Shown: piece after piece, positions 42,489-49,587 of the stretch
Layout of the letters: each line of letters starts with the position of its first letter
How positions within the stretch are numbered: position 1 is the first letter of the stretch
Assembly: GCA_035633875.1 (NCBI GenBank)
Contig: DASQEB010000642.1
Span: 1 to 49,587 of the forward strand
DNA: 49,587 nucleotides
Direction: 5' to 3'
Source: Thermoanaerobaculia bacterium
GTDB taxonomy: Bacteria; Acidobacteriota; Thermoanaerobaculia; Multivoradales; UBA5704
The notes under the pieces: generated by a model
Database searches by the model: none
Told to the model about the DNA's origin: nothing
Seen by the model: the letters and a program-made list of their open reading frames with translations, nothing else
Program-made: the position numbers and the translations under genes

Positions 42489-43754
42489 GTGACCGACATC
42501 GCGCCCCTTCCGATCCCTCCCGCCCTCCGCCCCGCAGCCAAGCGGACACTTCCGCCCGAGCTTCGCGGACGCAAGGTGATGCGGTTTGCGGAGAGGTTGC
42601 CCGAGGGCGTCCGGGACCCCGGGTTCGAGGATCTGCTCCAGCGCATCGACGGCTCGCCTGTCCTCGGTGGGAATCGCGTCGACATCTTCTTTGACGGCAA
42701 GAGTGCCTTCCCTGCCATGCTGGAGGCGATCCGGACTGCCGAACGGGAGGTCCTCTTCGAGTTTTTCATCGTCCGCAACGACGAGACCGGCCGGCTCTTC
42801 CAGGAGGAGCTGGTAGCGGCGGTGAAGCGGGGCGTCACCGTCCGCGTCCTCGCCGACGGGATGGGGTCGCCGATGACGCCGGGCAGCTTCTGGAAGGAGA
42901 TGAAGGACCAGGGGATCGACGTCTCCCTCTTCCATCCCCTCTTCATCCTGCCGTGGCGCCATCTGCACCGGGACCATCGGAAGATCCTGGTGATCGACCG
43001 GGAGGTGGCGTTCATCGGCGGGATGAACATCGGCGAGGAGTACGGCTCGCCGGACCCGGAGAAGCGCTCCTGGCGGGACACCCACGCGCGGATCACAGGG
43101 CCCGCCGCCTGGGATCTCGCGGTCGTCTTCACCGAGGAGTGGTGCTACTCGGGCGGCTCACCGTGCGAGATCGGGCCGCTCCCGGCGGAGGCGGCCGGAG
43201 CCCCGGGGGCTCGCGTCGTGATCCTGGATTCCCGACCGGGCCGGGGGCACCGGGAGTGGGCTTCGACCTTCGCGGCCCTCGCGGGCGCGGCGCGGCGGAC
43301 GCTCTGGATCACCAACGCCTATTTCGCCCCGTCGCTCCCGCTCGTGCGCCAGCTCCGGCGCGCCGCCCGGCGAGGGGTGGATGTCCGCCTCCTGCTCTCC
43401 GGCAACACGGACCAGCCCGTGGTCCGCTCGGCAGGCCGGAGCTACTACGAGACTCTCCTGGAAAGCGGGGTCCGCATCTTCGAATACCAGCCCACCGTGC
43501 TCCACGCCAAGACCATCGTGGCGGACGGCTTCGTCTCGGTCATCGGCTCGAGCAACCTGGACTCCCGCTCCTTCCGCCACAACTCGGAGTGCAACGCGGT
43601 GATCCTGGATCCGGCCACGGCGGCGGTGATGGAGAAGGGATTTCGCAACGACCTGGCGCAGGCCGAGGAGATCCAGGTCCAGAGTTGGCGACGGCGGCCC
43701 TTCGGCGCCAGGTTGGCAGACGGAATGGCGCGAATGCTCACGCCGGTGCTCTAG
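42489..43754 (+). CDS. Cardiolipin synthase-type phospholipase D family protein (ClsB-like, no TM helices)
   Basis: Two HKD motifs, HRDHRKILVIDREVAFIGGMNIGEEY and LHAKTIVADGFVSVIGSSNLDSRSF. The start could alternatively be the internal Met (MRFAERL) at ~42579. Confidence 0.85.
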   Translation: MTDIAPLPIPPALRPAAKRTLPPELRGRKVMRFAERLPEGVRDPGFEDLLQRIDGSPVLGGNRVDIFFDGKSAFPAMLEAIRTAEREVLFEFFIVRNDETGRLFQEELVAAVKRGVTVRVLADGMGSPMTPGSFWKEMKDQGIDVSLFHPLFILPWRHLHRDHRKILVIDREVAFIGGMNIGEEYGSPDPEKRSWRDTHARITGPAAWDLAVVFTEEWCYSGGSPCEIGPLPAEAAGAPGARVVILDSRPGRGHREWASTFAALAGAARRTLWITNAYFAPSLPLVRQLRRAARRGVDVRLLLSGNTDQPVVRSAGRSYYETLLESGVRIFEYQPTVLHAKTIVADGFVSVIGSSNLDSRSFRHNSECNAVILDPATAAVMEKGFRNDLAQAEEIQVQSWRRRPFGARLADGMARMLTPVL

Positions 43755-43762
43755 AGCCGCCC

Positions 43763-43965
43763 TCAGCTCCGCGCTCGCGAAGCCAGCCCCTCCAGGAGCC
43801 GAATCAGGATTCCAGGATCGACAGGTTTGGTGAGGTGCTCGTCGAAGCCCGCTTCGCGGGCCCGCCGCTTCCTGTCGCAGGGTTCCATACCCAGACGGCC
43901 TGACTGCTCGCCTCCGCCAAGGCCCGGTACCTTGCCTCGCTGTTGGCCAGGCGGGAGCCCTCCAT
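43763..43965 (-). pseudogene. Collapsed remnant of a PAS sensor kinase / receiver gene
   Basis: One frame gives MEGSRLANSEARYRALAEASSQAVWVWNPATG, a typical start of a PAS domain. About 30 codons later the +1 frame gives ...DRKRRAREAGFDEHLTKPVDPGILIRLLEGLASRARS*, a typical receiver-domain C-terminus. No kinase core lies between them. Confidence 0.45.
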
Positions 43966-43982
43966 CGGGTTGTTGCGGAATT

Positions 43983-44324
43983 CTAGGCCAACTCCAGCAG
44001 GCTCTCGGGCGGTCTTCCGAGGACGGCCCGGTCTCCCAGCACGCCGATCGGCCTCTGGAGGAGCGTGGGGTGACGAACCATGGCGGCGACCAGGTCCGCG
44101 TCCGGCTCGTCCCCCGTCAGTCCCAGGCTCTGGAAGGCCGGGTCCTTCGTCCGGAGGACGTCGCGGGCCGGCAGACCGAGGCGGGCGAGGATGTCCCGGA
44201 TCTCGGCTTCGCTGAGCGGCTCCCGAACGTAGTCGCGGTAGTGGTAGGCGATGCCCTTCTCGTCCAGCAAGGCGACCGCCTTGCGGCAGGTGCCTCAGGT
44301 TTTCGTGCAGATCAGCTCGATCAA
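43983..44324 (-). CDS. ArsC/Spx/YffB-family thioredoxin-fold reductase with an in-frame TGA at the redox-Cys position (candidate selenoprotein)
   Basis: The TTG start at 44324 lies 7 nt after AAAGGAG. The translation is (M)IELICTKT-[TGA 44297-44295]-GTCRKAVALLDEKGIAYHYRDY...HPTLLQRPI. This aligns with the YffB-type motif ...YGIKNCDTCKKA..L....I.Y.F.DY, with TGA at the first Cys. The track ORF (43983-44270) begins only after the stop and lacks the motif. Confidence 0.65.
44264..44286 (-). promoter_or_regulatory. SECIS-like mRNA hairpin starting 9 nt downstream of the in-frame UGA
   Basis: The mRNA reads UGA GGCACCUG CCGCAAGGC-GGUC-GCCUUGCUGG. It has 7 contiguous base pairs (CGCAAGGC/GCCUUGC core) plus one more pair after a C.U mismatch. 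The apical loop GGUC contains the G-U dinucleotide seen in enterobacterial SECIS loops. Confidence 0.45.
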
Positions 44325-44395
44325 GGAGCTCTCCTTTCCGTCGCCTCTGCAAGCTTGCCACACCTGGGCAGATACAATGCATCCCCGGACCTGGA

Positions 44396-46288
44396 ATGAT
44401 GGCTTCCTCGATTTTTGCCGATCCCGCACTGACGGTCGCCCTCGCCCTGGCGGCAGGGATGATCGCCCAGGTGATCGCCCGGCATCTGAAGATTCCCGGC
44501 ATCGTGCTGCTCCTGGCGTCCGGTGTCACCTTGGGGCCGGACGTCCTCGGAATCATCCGCCCCGGGACGCTCGGCGGCTCGCTCCATGCCCTCGTGGGCT
44601 TTGCCGTGGCCGTCATCCTCTTCGACGGCGGAATGAACCTGAACCTCGGCCGGCTGCGGCGAGAGGCCCGGAGCATCCAGCAGCTCGTGACGGTCGGCGC
44701 CCTCGTCACGGCCGCGGGCGGGGCCCTGGCGGCGCGGCTGATCATGGATTGGGATTGGGTCCTCGCCATTCTTTTCGGGACCCTCGTCATGGTCACGGGA
44801 CCGACGGTGATCACTCCCCTGCTGCGCCGCATCAAGGTGCAGCCCCGGGTCGCCACCGTCCTCGAAGCGGAGGGCGTGCTGGTGGACGCGATCGGCGCGA
44901 TCTTCGCTGTGGTGGCGCTGGAGGTGGTGATCAGCCCCGCGGGCTCCCTCGGCGGAGGGGCCTGGCACTTCCTTTCGCGCCTCGGGTTCGGCGCCCTGGC
45001 CGGGACCGCCGGAGGTCTCCTCCTGGCCTTCCTGCTTCGCCAGCAGAAGGTCCTGCCGGAGGGGCTGGAGAGCGTGTTCACCCTCGCCTTCGTCGTGGCC
45101 CTCTTCCAGGCCAGCAACGCCGTGATGCCGGAGAGCGGCATCCTCAGCGTGATCATGGCCGGGATCGTGGTCGGCAACGCGCGGGCCCACGTGGTCGCGG
45201 AGCTTCGCGAGTTCAAAGAGCAGCTCACGGTGATGCTGATCGGGCTGCTCTTCGTGCTCCTCGCCGCGGACGTGCGGATCGCCCAGGTCCGGTCGCTCGG
45301 ATGGGCCGGGCTCGGAACGGTGCTCGCGCTGATGCTCGTGGTCCGCCCCCTGAACGTCTGGATCGGCACCCTCGGCTCGGAGCTGACGCTGCGGGAGAAG
45401 ACGTTCCTCTCCTGGCTCGCGCCCCGGGGCATCGTGGCCGCCGCGGTTTCTTCCCTCTTCGCCCAGACGCTGGAGGCCGAGGGGATGCCAGGGGGCGAGG
45501 AGCTGCGGGCCATGGTGTTCCTGGTGATCGCCGTGACGGTTGTGGTCCAGGGCCTCACCGGAGGGAGAGTGGCGGGCTGGCTCGGAGTCCGGCGGCCGTC
45601 GGACACCGGTTTCGTCATCCTCGGCGCCAACGAGCTCGGCCGTGCCCTGGGCAAGGCCCTGCGGGACGGCGGCGAGGAGGTGCTCTTCATCGACTCGAAC
45701 CCGGATGCCTGCCAGGCCGCCGAAGAGGACGGCTTCCGCTGTCTCCACGGCAGCGGTCTCGACGAACAGATCCAGGTCCGGGCGGAGCTCGACATCCGCG
45801 CCGGCTGCCTGGGGGTGACCTCCAACGAAGAGGTGAACCTGCTCTTCGCACGGCGTGTCCGCAAGGACTACAAGGTGCCCCGGGTCTGGGTGGCCCTGCG
45901 GCGGGAACATGTGGGGATCAGCGAGGAAACGGTGGCGCGGCTGGGCGGCCACGTCCTCTTCGGGGAGCCGCAGGACATCGGCGGTTGGATGCAGGACCTC
46001 GGCCGCGGACTGGCCACCGTCGAGCGCTGGAAACGCTCCGGCCGGGAGATCCCTCCGCCAGCCGACAGGGTCCGCAGGGACCTCCACGACGTCCTGCTCC
46101 CCCTGGCGGTCCTCCGCGGCAGGAAGGTCTTCCCCGTGGACGGGACAGTGACTTTCCGGCGGAGCGACCACCTCTACGTGGTCATCCGGGAAGGCGCCCG
46201 GACCGAGGCCCTGGCCTGGCTGCGCAACGAGAGTTGGGAGCCGGTGGACGAGTTGCCCGCCTTGCCACCCGCGCCCGTGGCCGTCTGA
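44396..46288 (+). CDS. CPA1-family Na+(K+)/H+ antiporter (NhaP-type) with C-terminal RCK/TrkA domains
   Basis: 630 aa with about 12 TM helices (..LLLASGVTLGPDVLG...ILFDGGMNL...TGPTVITPLL..EAEGVLVDAIG..). A TrkA-N Rossmann segment (GFVILGANELGRALGKALRDGGEEVLFIDSN) and a TrkA-C-like end follow. Confidence 0.9.
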   Translation: MMASSIFADPALTVALALAAGMIAQVIARHLKIPGIVLLLASGVTLGPDVLGIIRPGTLGGSLHALVGFAVAVILFDGGMNLNLGRLRREARSIQQLVTVGALVTAAGGALAARLIMDWDWVLAILFGTLVMVTGPTVITPLLRRIKVQPRVATVLEAEGVLVDAIGAIFAVVALEVVISPAGSLGGGAWHFLSRLGFGALAGTAGGLLLAFLLRQQKVLPEGLESVFTLAFVVALFQASNAVMPESGILSVIMAGIVVGNARAHVVAELREFKEQLTVMLIGLLFVLLAADVRIAQVRSLGWAGLGTVLALMLVVRPLNVWIGTLGSELTLREKTFLSWLAPRGIVAAAVSSLFAQTLEAEGMPGGEELRAMVFLVIAVTVVVQGLTGGRVAGWLGVRRPSDTGFVILGANELGRALGKALRDGGEEVLFIDSNPDACQAAEEDGFRCLHGSGLDEQIQVRAELDIRAGCLGVTSNEEVNLLFARRVRKDYKVPRVWVALRREHVGISEETVARLGGHVLFGEPQDIGGWMQDLGRGLATVERWKRSGREIPPPADRVRRDLHDVLLPLAVLRGRKVFPVDGTVTFRRSDHLYVVIREGARTEALAWLRNESWEPVDELPALPPAPVAV

Positions 46289-46397
46289 GCGGAGCCGTGC
46301 CCTGCTCTGAGACGGTGCAGTCAGCGGTCGCCGACGAGCGGAAAGTCACCCTCTGACGTCGGCTTTGCTCCTTGTAAAAAGGGGAAAGACAACGAAA

Positions 46398-46417
46398 GCC
46401 GCCGGTGGGTCGGCGGC
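46398..46417 (-). terminator. Rho-independent terminator candidate for the GlsB/YeaQ-like gene
   Basis: GCCGCCG-GTGGGT-CGGCGGC hairpin. On the minus strand it is followed by TTTCGTTGTCTTTCCCCTTTTT. It lies ~95 nt after the stop at 46513. Confidence 0.45.
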
Positions 46418-46512
46418 CGGACAACGCAGAGCTCGAGACCGAAGGGGGAGGGTACCCGGGGTCGCGGGGGCCGGGAAGGCCCAGAACCCCCGCGTTTCGG
46501 GTTCCGGTGAGG

Positions 46513-46782
46513 TCAGCGGACCGTGCCGCGACGGAAGAGGTTGACGATCGCCAGCAGGACGACCGCGCCGAGCAAGGAGACGAGCAGAGACGGCAGACTC
46601 AAGTCGCCGCCGGTGAGGGTGCCCGTTCCGAAGAGCGGAGCCAGCAAAAGGCCCGCGAGCAGAGCGCCGACGATGCCGACGACGATGTTCAAAATCACGC
46701 CCTGCTGGGCGTTGGTCCGCATGATCATGCTGGCGATCCAGCCGATGAGGCCACCGACGATCAACATGATGATGATGTTCAT
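46513..46782 (-). CDS. GlsB/YeaQ/YmgE-family (transglycosylase-associated) small membrane stress protein
   Basis: 89 aa, MNIIIMLIVGGLIGWIASMIM....GVILNIVVGIVGALLAG.L. GGAGGA precedes the ATG. Confidence 0.9.
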   Translation of the reverse strand: MNIIIMLIVGGLIGWIASMIMRTNAQQGVILNIVVGIVGALLAGLLLAPLFGTGTLTGGDLSLPSLLVSLLGAVVLLAIVNLFRRGTVR

Positions 46783-46883
46783 AAGTCCTCCTGTCTCTTA
46801 GGTCGGTTTTGTCTCTCTGTTGACCGATCTTGGTTTGTGTCTCTTGGGTCTTTCTCCCCCGCACGGAGTAAATAGCAACTGTC

Positions 46884-47960
46884 GTGCCACAAGCGCCGGA
46901 TCTTAGAATGGGCCCCGGACAGCGGAGTCCGACGAACGGAGGTCTCTTGCACGATCACCCACCCACTTTTCAGACCTCGCCGGGCACCGGCACGCCGGCC
47001 CCCTTCTTGGAGGAAGAAATCCCTCGAGCGCCGGCAGCTCGCCCGCGGCTGCACCCTCTGCTGCGCGCGGGTCTTTTTCTGATCGTTTACGTTGCCGTCC
47101 ACCTGCTCGTCCTCATGCTCCTGGGAATCCTCGCCCAAGGGTTCAGCGGACGATTTTTTCAGGAGGGGGGATTTGGCAGGTCGAGCGAATTCCTCCTGGT
47201 GACCGTCGCCCTGACGGCACCGCCCATGGTGGCCGTGACCGTTTTCTTCGTCCGCAGTCTCGACCGGCGGCCGATCGTGAGCCTCGGCGTCCGCTGGCCA
47301 GTGGGGGGGCCACCTGTGGCGCTGCGGCAGTTGGTCACCCTGCCCCTGGCCACCCTTGCCCTGCTCGGGGCGTGGCTCGCGGCGGTCCTCGCCCTGCCCC
47401 CCTCCCTCGCCAAGGTGGGCTTCGGCGGCACGAGCGAGGTCTTCGCGTCCGGCCCTTCATGGTGGCCTCTCCCGCCGGTCCTCCTCCTGCCACTCCTGCT
47501 GCTCGGCTTCCTGGTCCAGGGAGGTCTCGAAGAGTGGATCGTCCGCGGCTACGTCTATCGGGCGCTCAAGGACCTCTGGCAGCCCTGGGCGGCGGCGCTC
47601 GCCTCCTCGATCCTCTTTTCCTTCCTTCACGCGACCAATCCCAACATCTCGGCGGTGGCCCTGGTCAACATCGTCCTCGCCGGCATGATCCTGGCCGCCC
47701 TGGTGGAGCGCAGCGGCAGTCTCTGGGGGGCGACCCTCGCCCACGGCGTCTGGAACTTCTCCGTCGCTTGCCTGCTTTCGGCCCCGGTGAGCGGCTTCGA
47801 AGCCTTCCACCTCTTCGACGTGTCCTTCCGAGGGGACGACCTGCTGACCGGCGGCGAGTTTGGACCGGAAGGGAGCCTGGTGCTGACGGCATTCGGTATC
47901 CTCCTCACGGCGGCCCTCTGGGGGCGGAGACAATCCCGGGAGCGGCCGACCGCCCCCTGA
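46884..47960 (+). CDS. CPBP-family intramembrane glutamic endopeptidase (CAAX protease/Abi-like)
   Basis: Motifs GGLEEWIVRGYVYR (EExxxR), FSFLHATN (FxxxH) and LAHGVWNF (HxxxN) in a multi-TM protein. The exact start is uncertain (46884 or 46908). Confidence 0.85.
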   Translation: MPQAPDLRMGPGQRSPTNGGLLHDHPPTFQTSPGTGTPAPFLEEEIPRAPAARPRLHPLLRAGLFLIVYVAVHLLVLMLLGILAQGFSGRFFQEGGFGRSSEFLLVTVALTAPPMVAVTVFFVRSLDRRPIVSLGVRWPVGGPPVALRQLVTLPLATLALLGAWLAAVLALPPSLAKVGFGGTSEVFASGPSWWPLPPVLLLPLLLLGFLVQGGLEEWIVRGYVYRALKDLWQPWAAALASSILFSFLHATNPNISAVALVNIVLAGMILAALVERSGSLWGATLAHGVWNFSVACLLSAPVSGFEAFHLFDVSFRGDDLLTGGEFGPEGSLVLTAFGILLTAALWGRRQSRERPTAP

Positions 47961-48011
47961 GGGAGATCGCGCTGTCAGCTCCGGAGGACAAAAGACACTT
48001 CATCTCCCTCA
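47958..48011. repeat. 10-bp perfect inverted repeat TGAGGGAGAT ... ATCTCCCTCA with a 34-nt loop
   Basis: The arms are at 47958-47967 (including the CPBP stop codon) and 48002-48011. There is no U-tract, so function is unclear. Confidence 0.3.
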
Positions 48012-48089
48012 GAAAAGGCATGGTCCGCCCCTTGCAAGATTCATTTTTTCAAAGATCGAGCCCACGGCTCTGCAGGAGGGTCTGGTCGT

Positions 48090-49587
48090 ATGACATCCCG
48101 TTTCGCTTGCCGCATCCTGATCGCGCTGGGGCTCGTCGGGCCGGCGCTCGCCGCCCAGCAGACCTCGCCGCCGCCCGAGTTCGGCGAGGTCATCGAGGTC
48201 AACGTCGTGAACGTCGAGGTCTACGTCACCGACAAGGCCGGCAACCCGGTCAAGGGCCTCAAGAGGGGAGATTTCGAGCTCTTCGAGGACGGCCGCAAGG
48301 TCGAGGTCACCAATTTCGAAGCCATCGACCGCGAGCTGGTCCAGATCGCCGCCGCCCCGAATGCCCCCCAGATGCCGGCTTCGGCGGCCCCGGCCGCTCC
48401 CCAGACGCCCCAAACCGCTCCGGAAGAGCGCCTCAACCTTATTGTCTACGTCGACAACTTCAACATCCGGCCCACCAACCGCGCCAAGGTCCTGCAGAGC
48501 CTCCAAGACTTCCTCCAGGGACAGCTCGCGCCCGGCGACCGGGTGATGCTGGTCACCAACGACCTCGGCCGGCCGAGGGTCCGGGTTCCGTTCACGGCCG
48601 ACCCAGCCGTCCTGACGGCGGGGTTGGACGAGATCGGCCGGCTCTCCGCCAACGGCGGAGAGATCGACCGCTCGCGGCGGACGACCTTCGAAGCCATCAT
48701 GAACCTGCACCGGATGGCCTACGAGACCCCCATCGACCTCGTCCCCTGCGACCGCGAGCTCGCCCGCCTGGCTCACGGCTTTGCGGCCTCGGTCCGCAGC
48801 GAGGTCCTACGCACGCTCGGCGCCATGAAGCTGATGGTGAACTCTCTCGCCGGAATTCCGGGGCGCAAGGCGCTCCTCCACGTCAGCGACGGCATCCCGC
48901 TCACTCCGGGCGAGGAGATGTTCCAGCTCCTCATCGAGCTGTGTGGCGGAGCGGGCGCGACCTCCGGGTTCGGTGACAGCGGCTCGATCGACGCCCTGCC
49001 GACGTTCGATGCCCGGGAGATCGGGCCCCAGGCCTACCAGGCCGCCTCGGAGGGGCCGGCCGACGCACAGTCCTACAGCACCGCCAATGAGCTCACGGCC
49101 CTCACTGCCCATGCCAACGCCCACCAGGTGACGTTGTACACGCTCCAGGCGAGCGGCCTCATCGCAGGCGGAGACGCGGACAGCCCCCTGGGCGACGCCC
49201 GGTACCTGCAATTCCCCACCATCCGGAGCACGATCCAGGACAACCTGCAGGGTTCCCTCTTCACGCTCGCCAACGAGACCGGCGGCCGGCCCATCTTCAA
49301 CACCAACGACTTTTCCCAAGCGCTCACCCGGATGCGGGAGGACTTCTCCTCCTACTACTCCCTCGGCTACAGCTCCCCGCGCCAGGGCGACGGCCGGCAG
49401 CACCGGATCGAGGTCAAGGTGAGGAAGCCGGGCCTCAAGGTCCGCCACCGCACGGGCTACCGGGACAAATCCTCCCTGGAACGCACCGCGGACCGGACGC
49501 TGGCGGCCGTCCTCCACGGCGTGGAGGACAACCCTCTGGACGTCACCGTCCAGATCGGCGAGCAGACCCTGGCGGAGAAGGGGCAGT
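48090..49587 (+). CDS. VWA-domain protein of the VWFA-related acidobacterial type. The 3' end lies beyond the window, and the gene is not in the supplied track.
   Basis: My own translation from the ATG at 48090: MTSRFACRILIALGLVGPALAAQQ (signal peptide) ...FGEVIEVNVVNVEVYVTDKAGNPVKGLKRGDFELFEDGRKVEVTNFE...LIVYVDN...LLHVSDG...VTLYTLQASGL...TGGRPIFNTNDF...YYSLGYSSP...HRIEVKVRKPGLKVRHRTGY. Confidence 0.85.
   Translation, partial: MTSRFACRILIALGLVGPALAAQQTSPPPEFGEVIEVNVVNVEVYVTDKAGNPVKGLKRGDFELFEDGRKVEVTNFEAIDRELVQIAAAPNAPQMPASAAPAAPQTPQTAPEERLNLIVYVDNFNIRPTNRAKVLQSLQDFLQGQLAPGDRVMLVTNDLGRPRVRVPFTADPAVLTAGLDEIGRLSANGGEIDRSRRTTFEAIMNLHRMAYETPIDLVPCDRELARLAHGFAASVRSEVLRTLGAMKLMVNSLAGIPGRKALLHVSDGIPLTPGEEMFQLLIELCGGAGATSGFGDSGSIDALPTFDAREIGPQAYQAASEGPADAQSYSTANELTALTAHANAHQVTLYTLQASGLIAGGDADSPLGDARYLQFPTIRSTIQDNLQGSLFTLANETGGRPIFNTNDFSQALTRMREDFSSYYSLGYSSPRQGDGRQHRIEVKVRKPGLKVRHRTGYRDKSSLERTADRTLAAVLHGVEDNPLDVTVQIGEQTLAEKGQ

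Noticed and set aside
41109-43132. 658-aa and 388-aa minus-strand ORFs opposite hemY and cls
   Set aside because: They are antisense artefacts. The plus-strand genes have FAD-binding and HKD motifs.
43804-46356. Track ORFs 43804-45864 (-, 686 aa), 44251-46356 (+, 701 aa) and 44321-46171 (-, 616 aa)
   Set aside because: They are off-frame or antisense to the CPA1 antiporter (44396-46288), whose TM-helix pattern and RCK domain are clear. Only the extreme 3' end of the 43804-45864 frame (the PAS-like 54 codons) looks like real former coding sequence.
1-49587. Mobile element, prophage, rRNA or tRNA content
   Set aside because: By eye I recognised no integrase, transposase, recombinase or phage structural genes. 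I also saw no terminal inverted repeats flanking the low-GC segments and no tRNA- or rRNA-like sequence in the intergenic gaps. The scan was manual, so small RNAs could have been missed.

Overview
High-GC chromosomal segment (high 60s % by eye) with Acidobacteriota hallmarks: a PadR plus ADOP-type duplicated FtsX permease pair, a VWFA-related acidobacterial-type protein, and a TPR Ser/Thr kinase. I support about 36 protein-coding genes. Many long ORFs in the supplied track are Arg/Pro/Gly/Ala-rich antisense or off-frame artefacts of the high GC. Two genes that run off the window edges (nadE at the 5' edge, a VWA protein at the 3' edge) are missing from the track.

Main observations:
1. A tightly packed minus-strand three-gene operon at 5977-19757 encodes a 1441-aa protein, a eukaryotic-type dual-HKD phospholipase D and a 2625-aa protein. 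None has a signal peptide. The two giants share a module, the larger one carries four LamG/DUF1080-like repeats, and a clear low-GC trough crosses the middle of the operon. It lies directly downstream of, and co-directional with, a YcaO-TfuA thioamidation pair whose TfuA has a ~300-aa extra C-terminal domain and for which no precursor peptide is evident.
2. A ~550-bp non-coding array between a PilZ gene and hemY contains about 21-26 degenerate 20-21-bp units built on the palindrome TTCAAGCTTGAA.
3. An ArsC/Spx-family gene has an in-frame TGA exactly at the conserved redox Cys, followed by a SECIS-like hairpin with a GGUC loop, making it a selenoprotein candidate.

Other content: an imuA-imuB mutagenesis pair without dnaE2, an orphan radical-SAM/SPASM enzyme after the kinase, a collapsed PAS/receiver gene remnant, and ordinary housekeeping and stress genes. 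I saw no rRNA, tRNA, CRISPR array, transposase or integrase. All domain calls come from reading motifs by eye, and no database search was run.
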